A stretch of 63,923 bases of DNA, the filler included, from an uncultured Methanosarcinales archaeon (GTDB lineage: Archaea; Nanobdellota; Nanobdellia; Woesearchaeales; CAZKBD01): assembly GCA_964550945.1 (NCBI GenBank). It is 4 parts of 4 records of this genome, joined end to end, with 100 filler letters (N's around TTAATTAATTAA, not from the genome) between each part and the next. Parts side by side here need not be neighbours in the genome. Positions count along the whole stretch, not along the records: positions 18,413 to 36,593 come from CAZKBD010000032.1; positions 36,694 to 54,788 come from CAZKBD010000033.1; 2 more parts are not named here. One strand, written 5' to 3'. Shown here in pieces: positions 30,230 through 39,689 of the stretch. Each line of letters begins with the position of its first letter. Position 1 is the first letter of the stretch. The notes below the pieces were generated by a model that saw only the letters and a program-made list of their open reading frames with translations, searched no databases and was not told the DNA's origin. Position numbers and translations under genes: made by a program.

Positions 30230-30880
30230 TACATTGTAAGGGAAGCTTTTGAAAGATTGTATCCAGACAAAGAGCTGGAGTATGACATCAGATTGAAGTA
30301 CTCTGGAAAGTTCAAGTCTTATAATGCAAATGTAAGGAGGAGCGGGAATAGTCTAGAATTTAACCTTAGCAAGAAATGGAAGAATATCAGCAAAGAAATA
30401 CAGATGGGGTTGATACAGGAGCTTCTTTTAAAGATTTTGAAGGATAAGAAAAAAACGCAGAATATTGACATGTACAATATTTTCATGAAAAAGATACACA
30501 TTGCTGTGCCAAAGACAAAGATCAATCCTGTTCTTGAGGGGTCTTTTGATAGGGTAAATAATGAATATTTTTTTGGGCTTTTGGAAAAAACCAACTTAGT
30601 TTGGGGCCAGAACTCAAGAAGAAAGCTTGGGTCTTATGATTATGGAAGCGATACAATAACCATAAGCACGATATTTGAGAATTGTGATAAAAGGCTGCTT
30701 GATTATGTCATGTACCATGAGATGCTCCATAAAAACCATAAGTTTGACTGCAAGAATGGCAGAAATTACCATCATACAAGATTGTTTAAGAGAAAGGAAA
30801 AAGAGTTTAGAGATAGTGAAGAAATTGAGAAAGATATCAAAGGAATGGTAAGCAAGAGAAGGTTTTTTATTTTAATGTAA
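30230..30880 (+). CDS. SprT/YgjP-like (M48-type) Zn metallopeptidase; probable true start ATG 30075
   Basis: RKLGSY, YVMYHEMLH (HExxH), HTRLF. The frame is open upstream of the TTG at 30257 (YIVREAFERLYP) back to TAG 30218. Confidence 0.8.
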   Translation, partial: YIVREAFERLYPDKELEYDIRLKYSGKFKSYNANVRRSGNSLEFNLSKKWKNISKEIQMGLIQELLLKILKDKKKTQNIDMYNIFMKKIHIAVPKTKINPVLEGSFDRVNNEYFFGLLEKTNLVWGQNSRRKLGSYDYGSDTITISTIFENCDKRLLDYVMYHEMLHKNHKFDCKNGRNYHHTRLFKRKEKEFRDSEEIEKDIKGMVSKRRFFILM

Positions 30881-30938
30881 GACGAAAGCTTTAAATATAA
30901 CTCGCTTTTCCTTATAATTAAAATTAACGGTGCGTATT

Positions 30939-31148
30939 ATGACAACAAAACTTTTACCATTAGCAGCAATGGAAAAAATATTAAAGAAATGCGGCGCTGA
31001 AAGAGTGTCTGATAAAGCAAAGATGGCTTTGAAGAGCATTGTTGAAGAGCAAGCAGAAGATATTGCTGCTAGGGCAATTAGATATGCGGTTCATGCAGGA
31101 AGAAAAACAGTTAAAGCTGGTGATATAAAGCTGGCAACAAAAGGATAA
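30939..31148 (+). CDS. Archaeal histone
   Basis: LPLAAMEKILKKCGAERVS...HAGRKTVKAGDIKLA. Confidence 0.95.
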   Translation: MTTKLLPLAAMEKILKKCGAERVSDKAKMALKSIVEEQAEDIAARAIRYAVHAGRKTVKAGDIKLATKG

Positions 31149-31167
31149 CTGGTTCTGGGCGTTAAAT

Positions 31168-31569
31168 ATGGCAACAAAAACAGCTAGCGTTGGAAGTATG
31201 CAGGAAGGAAGTTATATTGTTATAGATGGCGCTGCTTGTAAAGTAGCAGATATTAAGACTTCAAAACCCGGCAAACACGGCCATTCCAAAGTAAGGTTAA
31301 GCGCAATGGGCATTATTGATAACAAGAAAAGAGTGATAGTATTGCCTGGCCATGATAATGTGGATGTCCCTATTGTTGAGAAAAAGAACGCTCAAGTGCT
31401 TTCTATTAATGGAGATATGGCAAATGTTATGGATAAAGAAAACTTTGAAACATTTGACTTAAAAATACCAGAAGAGCTTAAAGGCCAGGTTGTAGAGGGC
31501 TGTACTGTAACGTATTGGGTTGTGCTTGAGGACCGAGTCATGAAGCAGATTAAAGGAGATGGCGCATAA
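31168..31569 (+). CDS. eif5a: Translation initiation factor aIF-5A
   Basis: TSKPGKHGHSK hypusine motif. Confidence 0.97.
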   Translation: MATKTASVGSMQEGSYIVIDGAACKVADIKTSKPGKHGHSKVRLSAMGIIDNKKRVIVLPGHDNVDVPIVEKKNAQVLSINGDMANVMDKENFETFDLKIPEELKGQVVEGCTVTYWVVLEDRVMKQIKGDGA

Positions 31570-31730
31570 TGGTGAAATTCCCAGAAGCTGATGCAAGAAA
31601 ATTCAAGAATATCTTTGTTTGCAAGGTTTGCAAGACTAAAATTAGGGCTCCTAATCTTAAGGTTATTCAGGGAAAAATCAGCTGCAGGAAATGCGGAAGC
31701 TATGCATTAAGGCCTGTTAGAAAGAAATAA
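31569..31730 (+). CDS. rpl40e: 50S ribosomal protein L40e
   Basis: Manual translation MVKFPEADARKFKNIFVCKVCKTKIRAPNLKVIQGKISCRKCGSYALRPVRKK; overlaps the aIF-5A stop. Confidence 0.92.
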   Translation: MVKFPEADARKFKNIFVCKVCKTKIRAPNLKVIQGKISCRKCGSYALRPVRKK

Positions 31731-31751
31731 GGCTTTCTGGTTTAAAAAAAG

Positions 31752-32930
31752 ATGGATTTCCAAACTATAAGCGCATTTGTATTCATTCTTTTATTGGCTG
31801 CTTTATTGTACTTCCAAAGAAAAAAGCTAAGCATACAGAAGATTATCTATCCTTTATTCTATTTGATATTGCTAAGGAGCAAATTTGGCCTGAAGTTTAT
31901 GGATAATTTTGCCAAAAGATGGTCAAAACAATTGAAATATGTTGGTTATGCCGGGATTTTTCTTGGTTTTTTGGGTATGGCTGTGATATCTTATAGCTTG
32001 ATAAGCAATATTGTTATGCTATTGACTAAGCCAGCTGCTGCTCCTGGTGTTGGCCTAGTTTTGCCTTTTAAAATGAAAGGAGTATTCTTTGTTCCGTTTT
32101 TTTATTGGATAATATCTATTTTTGTGATTGCTGTTGTCCATGAGTTTTCACATGGGATAATAGCAAGAAAGTATGGGATGAAAATAAAATCAAGCGGCTT
32201 GGCTTTTCTGGCTGTTTTGCTGCCGATAATTCCAGCTGCTTTTGTTGAGCCTAATGAAAAAGAATTAAAGAAACGGCCGCATAAAGAGCAATTAAGTGTT
32301 TTTGCTGCTGGCCCTTTTTCGAATATACTACTGGCTTTTATTGTTTTAGGGTTATCCTTTTTGATCTTTTTTCCAATAGCCAACCATATGATGGAGTATA
32401 AAGGAGTTGAGATCACAGGGTTTGTTGAAGGAAGCTATCCTGCTGAAAAAGCAGGGCTTTCGCAAGGGGAGATCATCAAGGAGATTGATGGTACATCTGT
32501 TGACCTTGTTGGAAACTTTTCCGGCATAATGCAAAAAAAGAAGCCTGGTGATGATATTTTTGTAAAAACTGATAAGTCAAGCTATAATATAACCTTGGGG
32601 GAGAATCCTGATAATAAAACTATGGCTTATCTTGGCGTGTTTATCCAGCAGAACCAAAAGATTAAGGATAGCGTGATAAAGAGATATGGGGAGTTTATTC
32701 CAGACTCTATTTTGTGGTTTATTGGGCTGCTTTATTGGCTGTTTTTTTTGAATTTAGGCATCGGGCTTTTTAATTTAGTCCCAATAGGGCCGATAGATGG
32801 CGGAAGGATGCTACAGCTTGTGTGCCATAGGTTGTTTGATAAAGAAAGAGGAGATAAGGTTTGGAAAAGGATTAGTTTATTCTTTTTGTTGCTGGTTTTC
32901 GTGAATATTGCTTTTGCGTTTATTAAATAA
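31752..32930 (+). CDS. Site-2 protease (M50) with PDZ domain
   Basis: HEFSH, AFVEP, AAGPFSN, PDZ-like segment, NLVPIGPIDGG. Confidence 0.94.
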   Translation: MDFQTISAFVFILLLAALLYFQRKKLSIQKIIYPLFYLILLRSKFGLKFMDNFAKRWSKQLKYVGYAGIFLGFLGMAVISYSLISNIVMLLTKPAAAPGVGLVLPFKMKGVFFVPFFYWIISIFVIAVVHEFSHGIIARKYGMKIKSSGLAFLAVLLPIIPAAFVEPNEKELKKRPHKEQLSVFAAGPFSNILLAFIVLGLSFLIFFPIANHMMEYKGVEITGFVEGSYPAEKAGLSQGEIIKEIDGTSVDLVGNFSGIMQKKKPGDDIFVKTDKSSYNITLGENPDNKTMAYLGVFIQQNQKIKDSVIKRYGEFIPDSILWFIGLLYWLFFLNLGIGLFNLVPIGPIDGGRMLQLVCHRLFDKERGDKVWKRISLFFLLLVFVNIAFAFIK

Positions 32931-33132
32931 AACAAAATTAAAATTAGCATCTTAATGGTTATTCTTAAAAACCACAACATTTATACATTACTGTTTGTAA
33001 TAGTACTATTATATTAGGTAATAAATATGGATAGCATGATAAAGATATTAAAGAATACCACTAGAACAAAATCATTAAGATGACTATTAGAAGCGAACTA
33101 CAAGGTGGATGTGCCTATCGAGGTGATGTGCA

Positions 33133-34011
33133 ATGGATAAAAACCATTCGATAAAAATATTTGAAAACAAAAAAGTGAGGGTTCAGTGGAATCAGGCTGA
33201 AGAAAAATGGTATTTTTCGATTGTTGATGTGATAGCTGTGCTTACAGAGAGCGAAAACCCGCAAACATACTGGAGAGTACTAAAAATGCGGCTTAAAGAT
33301 GAAGGAAATGAAACCGTTACAAATTGTAACGCTTTGAAACTGGTTGCAGAAGACGGCAAGATGAGGCTTACAGATGTAGCTGACACTGAACAATTATTAA
33401 GATTAATCCAGTCCATTCCTTCAAAAAAAGCAGAACCATTCAAGGCATGGCTGGCAAAAGTAGGGTATCAGAGGATTGAGGAAACACAAAACCCAGAACT
33501 TGCATTTGACAGGGCAATGAAAACTTATCTGCAAAAAGGGTATTCAAAAGAATGGGTTAACCAAAGGCTTAAAACAATAGAAGTAAGGAAAGAACTAACA
33601 GATGAATGGAACAGGACAGGAATAGAGAATGAGTCTGATTTTGCAATTCTGACAAATGAGATTACAAAGGCGTGGTCTGGTAAGACAGTAACTGAATACA
33701 AACAGCTAAAAAATCTAAAAAAAGAAAATCTTAGAGATAACATGACAAATCTTGAGCTTATATTGAATATGCTTGCAGAAGCAACAACCACCGAGATATC
33801 AAAAAAACAAACCCCCAAAACATTCAATGAAAGCAAAAATGTCGCAATTAAGGGTGGAACAATAGCAGGGAATACAAGAAAAGACATTGAAAACCAATTA
33901 GGCGAAAGCATAGTTACACGAAAAAATGCAAAAGACAATTTGTTAGATCTTTCAAAAGATGATTCTGATACGAAAAGATTAAGAAGAATACCCCACAAAC
34001 GGAGAAATTGA
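33133..34011 (+). CDS. Bro-N domain protein (phage antirepressor-like)
   Basis: IFENKKVR..W..EKWYFSIVDVIAVLT, AEDGKMRLTDVAD, LIQSIPSKKAEPFK.WLA, NLRDNMT.LELILNMLAE. Confidence 0.9.
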   Translation: MDKNHSIKIFENKKVRVQWNQAEEKWYFSIVDVIAVLTESENPQTYWRVLKMRLKDEGNETVTNCNALKLVAEDGKMRLTDVADTEQLLRLIQSIPSKKAEPFKAWLAKVGYQRIEETQNPELAFDRAMKTYLQKGYSKEWVNQRLKTIEVRKELTDEWNRTGIENESDFAILTNEITKAWSGKTVTEYKQLKNLKKENLRDNMTNLELILNMLAEATTTEISKKQTPKTFNESKNVAIKGGTIAGNTRKDIENQLGESIVTRKNAKDNLLDLSKDDSDTKRLRRIPHKRRN

Positions 34012-34044
34012 TTGTAACGTTAAAGGATTGAAAAATAAATGTTA

Positions 34045-35454
34045 TTAAATAAATTTAAACCTCAGGTTAATATCTCTGGCTGCTTTAACTGCATCTAATC
34101 TTTTTATGGGTGTTGTGTGCGGGGCTGTTTTTACTATATCTGGATTCTGCTCTGCTTCCTTCCTTATCTTTATCATTGTTTCTGCAAACCTGTCTAGAGT
34201 TTCCTTGCTCTCAGTTTCAGTTGGCTCTATCATAATTGAACCATGAACTATTAATGGGAAGTATATAGTTGGCGGGTGAAAGCCATAATCAATAATCCTT
34301 TTTGCAATATCGCTTGTTGTGACTCCATTTGGAATCTTGCTGTCGTCCAAAACAAACTCATGCTTGCAGATTTGGTTGTATGGCAAGTTGTAATAATGCT
34401 TTAGTTTTTCTTTAAGGTAATTTGCATTTAAGACTGCATTTTCTCCAACATCTCTGATATGCTCCTTGCCAATCGCCAAGATATAGGTGTAGGCCTTGAC
34501 CATAACGCCAAAATTGCCATAAAATGAGTGTATCTTGCCAATTGATTTTCTGTTATTGGCAAATACAAATCTGTTTCCTTGCTTTTCTATGCTTGGATTT
34601 GGCAGGAAATCAGTAAGTTCTTTTTTAACTCCAACTGGGCCAGAGCCAGGGCCGCCACAGCCGTGAGGTGTTGAGAAAGTCTTATGCAAGTTTAGATGCA
34701 AGACATCAAAACCCATATCACCTGGCCTTGCAACTCCCATCAAGGCGTTCATATTTGCGCCATCACAATAAACTAATGATCCGTTATTATGCATTAACCT
34801 TGTTATTTCCAGAATGTCAGTTTCAAACAAGCCAAGGGTGTTGGGATTTGTAAGCATAATTGCAGCAACTTCCATATCCAACACTTTTTTTAGCTCTTCA
34901 AGGTCCACTAAGCCGTTTTTGCTGTTTATCTGGATTGTGTTAAATCCAGCTATTGAAGCTGATGCTGGATTTGTCCCATGAGATGAATCTGGAGTTATGA
35001 TCTTTGTTCTTTTTTCAGCTTTGTCTTCAAAATACTTCTTTATTATCATAAGGCCAGTTAATTCGCCATGAGCTCCTGCTGCTGGCTGCAAAGTGAATTT
35101 GTCCATGCCCGTTATCTCGCAAAGATGATCGTTAAGCTCGTACATTAACTGCAAAGCGCCTTGAGAATCTTGATAGGGGTGGGCATTTGCAAAGCCATCC
35201 AGCCTTGCACAATCCTCATTTATTTTGGGGTTATACTTCATTGTGCAGGAGCCTAATGGATAGAATCCATTATCAACTCCAAAATTTTTTCTTGCGAGGC
35301 CTGTAAAATGCCTGACAACATCTACTTCAGACAGCTCTGGAAGATTATTTTTTTCCCTAAGAAGCTCTTCTGAGAAATCTGATAGCGACACATCTAAGTC
35401 TGGCAGTTTGATTGCTGTTCTTCCTTTTCTTGATTTCTCAAATATTAGCTGCAT
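34045..35454 (-). CDS. gcvPB: Glycine dehydrogenase (decarboxylating) subunit 2
   Basis: [41 protein letters not shown] (PLP Lys), IEPTETE. Confidence 0.97.
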   Translation of the reverse strand: MQLIFEKSRKGRTAIKLPDLDVSLSDFSEELLREKNNLPELSEVDVVRHFTGLARKNFGVDNGFYPLGSCTMKYNPKINEDCARLDGFANAHPYQDSQGALQLMYELNDHLCEITGMDKFTLQPAAGAHGELTGLMIIKKYFEDKAEKRTKIITPDSSHGTNPASASIAGFNTIQINSKNGLVDLEELKKVLDMEVAAIMLTNPNTLGLFETDILEITRLMHNNGSLVYCDGANMNALMGVARPGDMGFDVLHLNLHKTFSTPHGCGGPGSGPVGVKKELTDFLPNPSIEKQGNRFVFANNRKSIGKIHSFYGNFGVMVKAYTYILAIGKEHIRDVGENAVLNANYLKEKLKHYYNLPYNQICKHEFVLDDSKIPNGVTTSDIAKRIIDYGFHPPTIYFPLIVHGSIMIEPTETESKETLDRFAETMIKIRKEAEQNPDIVKTAPHTTPIKRLDAVKAARDINLRFKFI

Positions 35455-36593
35455 TTTTTTAATATATCAATCAAGTTATCCATCTCTTCTTTTGTGTTCA
35501 TTTCAGTAACACAAAACAAAATGCTGTTTTTAAACTCAGGATAATATTTTCCTAAATCCAAAGTGAGTATATTGTTTTTTAATAAAAATTCGTGAACATT
35601 CTTGTCAAATTTTATAACAAACTCATTATAAAAAGGAGAGTTAAACTCTGCCTTAAAGCCTGATTCTGTTATCTTCTTATGCAGATAGTGGGCTTTATGC
35701 AAGCAGAGCTCTCCAATTTTCTTAACACCGCTTTTCCCCAGGATTGAGAGATAAACAGCAGCTGCCAAAGCGTTTAAAGCTTCATTTGAGCATATATTTG
35801 AGGTTGCTTTTTCTCTCCTAATATGCTGCTCACGCGTTTGTAATGTCAGAATAAAGCCAGGTTTGCCTTCTGTGTCAGTTGTTCTGCCAACCAAACGGCC
35901 TGGCAAATTTCTTATATAAGCTTGATTGGTTGCCATTATTCCAAGATAAGGGCCCCCAAAACTCATTGGATTGCCAAAGCTCTGGCCTTCCCCACAGACA
36001 ATGTCTGCGCCATAGCTGCCCGGCGATTTCAATATGCCAAGAGAGGTTGCTTCAACAACACAGACAATTAATAAAGAGTTATTGGAGTGAGCAATCTTTT
36101 CTATCTCTCTTAGATTTTCTATGCAGCCAAAGAAATTAGGGTTTTGCATTAAAACAGCAGCTGTTTCGTTATCAATAGCTGCTTTTTCTATATCAGTTAT
36201 TCCATTTGTGAAATCAATTTCTTCATAACGGATATTATGGAAATGGCAGTATGTCTTCACAACTTCCCTGTATCCTGGATGGATTGTTTTTGAGACCAGT
36301 ATCTTTTTCCTTTTTGTAATAGAGCAGGCCATCAAAGCAGATTCTGCCAAAGATGAAGCGCCGTCATACATAGAGGCATTTGCAACATCCATCCCTGTTA
36401 AGTCGCAGATCATCGTCTGGTATTCATATGTTGCCTGGAGTATGCCTTGAGACATCTCTGGCTGGTAAGGCGTGTAAGCTGTGTAGAATTCAGATCTTGA
36501 GATTATGTGGTTAACAACAGAAGGGACAAAATGATTGTAGGAGCCTGCTCCAATGAAAGTTGAGTAAGATTTAGTTTTATCTGCCAGGCTTTG
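35445..36593 (-). CDS. gcvPA: Glycine dehydrogenase subunit 1 (5' truncated by gap)
   Basis: [48 protein letters not shown]; frame open to the gap. Confidence 0.95.
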   Translation of the reverse strand, partial: QSLADKTKSYSTFIGAGSYNHFVPSVVNHIISRSEFYTAYTPYQPEMSQGILQATYEYQTMICDLTGMDVANASMYDGASSLAESALMACSITKRKKILVSKTIHPGYREVVKTYCHFHNIRYEEIDFTNGITDIEKAAIDNETAAVLMQNPNFFGCIENLREIEKIAHSNNSLLIVCVVEATSLGILKSPGSYGADIVCGEGQSFGNPMSFGGPYLGIMATNQAYIRNLPGRLVGRTTDTEGKPGFILTLQTREQHIRREKATSNICSNEALNALAAAVYLSILGKSGVKKIGELCLHKAHYLHKKITESGFKAEFNSPFYNEFVIKFDKNVHEFLLKNNILTLDLGKYYPEFKNSILFCVTEMNTKEEMDNLIDILKKCS

Positions 36594-36693
36594 NNNNNNN
36601 NNNNNNNNNNNNNNNNNNNNNNNNNNNNNNNNNNNNNTTAATTAATTAANNNNNNNNNNNNNNNNNNNNNNNNNNNNNNNNNNNNNNNNNNNN
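36594..36693. other. Assembly gap with artificial linker
   Basis: N-run with TTAATTAATTAA. Confidence 0.98.
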
Positions 36694-37404
36694 AATATTA
36701 TCCGAAGTTATTTTAAAGTCTTGTTCACGGGTATCAGATTTATCAAATTCCCACTCCCATGTTCCTTTAAAATAAATAGCATTTGTAAGAACTAATCTAG
36801 TCATTGAATCAATAATTCCTTGCGGGATCAAATCCTTAATTTTATTGTTTGTCTGTTCTTCAATAAAACTATTAATTGTTTGTCTTGATTTTTCTGTTTC
36901 TTTGATAAAATCCAAATTTGCTGCTTTTCCACCATAATATTTTTCAACCCTGTGGGTATAATCTTCAAGGAAAAGATAATCTTGTTGAACCCATAAGGCG
37001 TTTCCTGTCCTTAATTCATAATCTTTATTTCCTTTGTTGATATCATTATAGATTGCAGCAAAGTTTGGCCTTAATGTGCTGCTTTCCGGAAAATGAAAAA
37101 CTGCTTTCATTTCATCTGCTGTTTGTCCTTTTGCACCTTCATAAGTCATTGCTAATGCAGCAGAAATACTATAAGGAGAATAGAATATATTTTCCTGTTC
37201 AGGTTTATCAAGTTCGGCGTACAAATCAAAAGCAAATTTATTATTAGCATCTACCACTTCCTGAATTCCTTGTGAAGTTGAACCTATATCTTCTGCTTTT
37301 GGAGGTTGTTTTGGTTCATAAGGAAAAAGAAAAAATACTGCTGTCGCAGTTACTACTGCAATCATAAGGAGTATTATCCCGATTGTAAAGATTTTTTTGT
37401 TCAT
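36694..37404 (-). CDS. Serpin family protein with N-terminal membrane anchor (3' truncated by gap)
   Basis: NNKFAFDLY, NIFYSPYSISAALAM..GAKG.T, INSFIEEQTNNKIKDL, LVLTNAIYFKGTW..F. Confidence 0.93.
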
Positions 37405-37484
37405 ATAAGTATGTAGGACCCAGCAAGTATATAAAGGTTATTTTGACTTTGATTTCATTTGAAGTGAACCAAGTGTATCTATCC

Positions 37485-39518
37485 TCAAACCCTTACAGGG
37501 ACAGTGATGAAGGGTATCCCTTTTCTGTACAACCTTTCCTGCAAGGAAAAGACAGTATAATTATGCAGAACCCTGGAAAAGAGATTATCTTTCGGAAAAA
37601 CAATCTGGCCTGCGAAGAATACTGAATTAGGATAGCGCGCCAAAACCTCCGGAGCGATCTTGAATACCTCATCCACAACATCTGTGCCTAAGCATGTAAC
37701 TCCCTCGCCATGATAGCCGTACTTATTAACGAATTTAACGTAATCGTTAACATCTTCCTTTACTTTTTGGTCCAATAGCTTAATGCCAGCCTCACCTTTA
37801 AAAGCACCTCCTTCAATAATGCCTATCTCAATAAACACAAAATTCTTGAATGAGTTCCCAAACAGTTTAAAAATGTTTGAAAGGGTCTTTAAGCCCAGCC
37901 CATTAAATTCTTTAACAAAAACCAATGCAGTCTTTGCATTAGGGTCGTAATACTCCTCATGCCTTTCGCTATTTTCACAAATGTTCAAAAAGCATTCCTG
38001 GCTTTTTGAATTAGCAATAGGAACCAAATAATCAAGCTTGTTAATCAGCGTCTGAGCGCGTTTATAGTGGCTTTTTATGATCAAAACTAAGAATATAAAC
38101 ACAACAAGTATCAAAATAGTTATCCACCCGCCCTCATAAAATTTGAGTATGGTTACAGAAGCTAAAATAAAAAAAGTAAGCATAAGGCCTATACCACTAA
38201 CAATAATCTTTCTCAGCCAATGCTTTATTTTAGAGCGCGAGTTCCACCAATAACGGACCATCCCTGCCTGCGAAAGTGAAAATGTTATGAACACTGCAAT
38301 ACTATAAAGGACAACAAGGAAAGTGACTGAGCCCCTGCTTAGAAGGAGCGTTAATAAAGCAGCACCTCCCATAAAAAGAACCCCTTTTTGGGTTACTAAT
38401 CTATCGCTTAATGAAGCAAATCTGGTAGGGACCCATTTATCCACCGCCATGTTGGATAAAACCCTTGGACCACCAATAAAACCTGTCTGCGCAGCAACTA
38501 GCAATAATGCTGCATCTGCAACAAGAGACAAAAGCACAAAATAATATCCCAGATTATTCCCCCAATGCTGAGATATGGCTTCAAAAAAAACAGCATTAAG
38601 AGTTTTTCCTGCTTGAGGCCCAACACCATAAAGAAGAAAAGCTACCATTAAGCCTACGACCATAAACATCAATGAAAAGGCTATATATTTCATTGTTCTC
38701 TTTGCAGTCCTTACTTTTGGCTCGCGCAGTATGGGCATACCATTGCTAACAGCTTCTATGCCGGTATAAGTGCCTGCACCCATACTGTAAGCATGCAATA
38801 ATACAAAAATCACTCCTAATACTCCTAGTTGCAATGATGCTGCCTGAAAATCAGCTACAGTAGACTGCACTAATACTGGCACTCCTGAAATATGTCGTAT
38901 TATAGCATAGATTATGGCAAAAGCGTGAGTAGCTATAAATATAATAAAAATAGGCATCAAAGAAAAGACAGATTCTTTTGCTCCCCTTAGATTGATCAGA
39001 ATAAGAATGAGTATACAAAAAATCGCGAATACCAGCTTAAAAGAGTGCCATCCCTGCGGCAAAAAACTAAAGACAGCGTCTGTACCGCTTGCTATGGAAA
39101 CACTAATAGTAAGAACATAGTCTATCAATAATGCACAGCCTGAAATCATTCCTAAACTAGGAGATAATAGCTTGCTCGCAACAAGATAACCCCCGCCACC
39201 ATGCGGAAAAAGCTCTACAATTTGAGAATAGCTTATGCTGATTATGAATATTGTCAGCGCAATGAACAAAGCAACAAAAATCGCAAGATACTGGTGGCTG
39301 CCCAAAGCCAAAAATGCCTCCTGCGGACCATAAGAAGATGAGGATATAGCGTCTGCTCCTAAGCCAACCCACGCAAATACTGCTATAAGGGAGATGTTGC
39401 GGAAAAGAGAAGGATCATAAATATTATGAGCTTTACCAAGAATTAATGTTTTCAGCCTTTTGAATAAGGGTTTATTAGGTTTTTCATGCATAAAAAGTCT
39501 ACTCTTAACTACCACCAA
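37485..39518 (-). CDS. APC superfamily permease (KimA/YdaO-like)
   Basis: GADAISSSSYG, SYSQIVELFPHGGGGY, LLIDYVLTISVS, TGIEAVSNG; many TM helices and a soluble C-terminal domain. Confidence 0.88.
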   Translation of the reverse strand: MVVVKSRLFMHEKPNKPLFKRLKTLILGKAHNIYDPSLFRNISLIAVFAWVGLGADAISSSSYGPQEAFLALGSHQYLAIFVALFIALTIFIISISYSQIVELFPHGGGGYLVASKLLSPSLGMISGCALLIDYVLTISVSIASGTDAVFSFLPQGWHSFKLVFAIFCILILILINLRGAKESVFSLMPIFIIFIATHAFAIIYAIIRHISGVPVLVQSTVADFQAASLQLGVLGVIFVLLHAYSMGAGTYTGIEAVSNGMPILREPKVRTAKRTMKYIAFSLMFMVVGLMVAFLLYGVGPQAGKTLNAVFFEAISQHWGNNLGYYFVLLSLVADAALLLVAAQTGFIGGPRVLSNMAVDKWVPTRFASLSDRLVTQKGVLFMGGAALLTLLLSRGSVTFLVVLYSIAVFITFSLSQAGMVRYWWNSRSKIKHWLRKIIVSGIGLMLTFFILASVTILKFYEGGWITILILVVFIFLVLIIKSHYKRAQTLINKLDYLVPIANSKSQECFLNICENSERHEEYYDPNAKTALVFVKEFNGLGLKTLSNIFKLFGNSFKNFVFIEIGIIEGGAFKGEAGIKLLDQKVKEDVNDYVKFVNKYGYHGEGVTCLGTDVVDEVFKIAPEVLARYPNSVFFAGQIVFPKDNLFSRVLHNYTVFSLQERLYRKGIPFITVPVRV

Positions 39519-39588
39519 TAAGGTTATATGAATTAGCTCATAGTCTTAAGCTTACAGTTTTACGTTAACTGGTGTTTAAATACCTTTC

Positions 39589-39652
39589 GTAAAAAACTAC
39601 CCCGTATAGGTTCAGGACATATGTCATGACCCAGCACATGTAAAAAACTACC
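39589..39652. repeat. 13-bp direct repeats flanking a short hairpin
   Basis: GTAAAAAACTACC at 39589-39601 and 39640-39652 around GGTTCAGGACATATGTCATGACC. Confidence 0.8.
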
Positions 39653-39689
39653 ACAAAACTTAAAAATTGGCTTCCTTTCCTGTCGAAAT

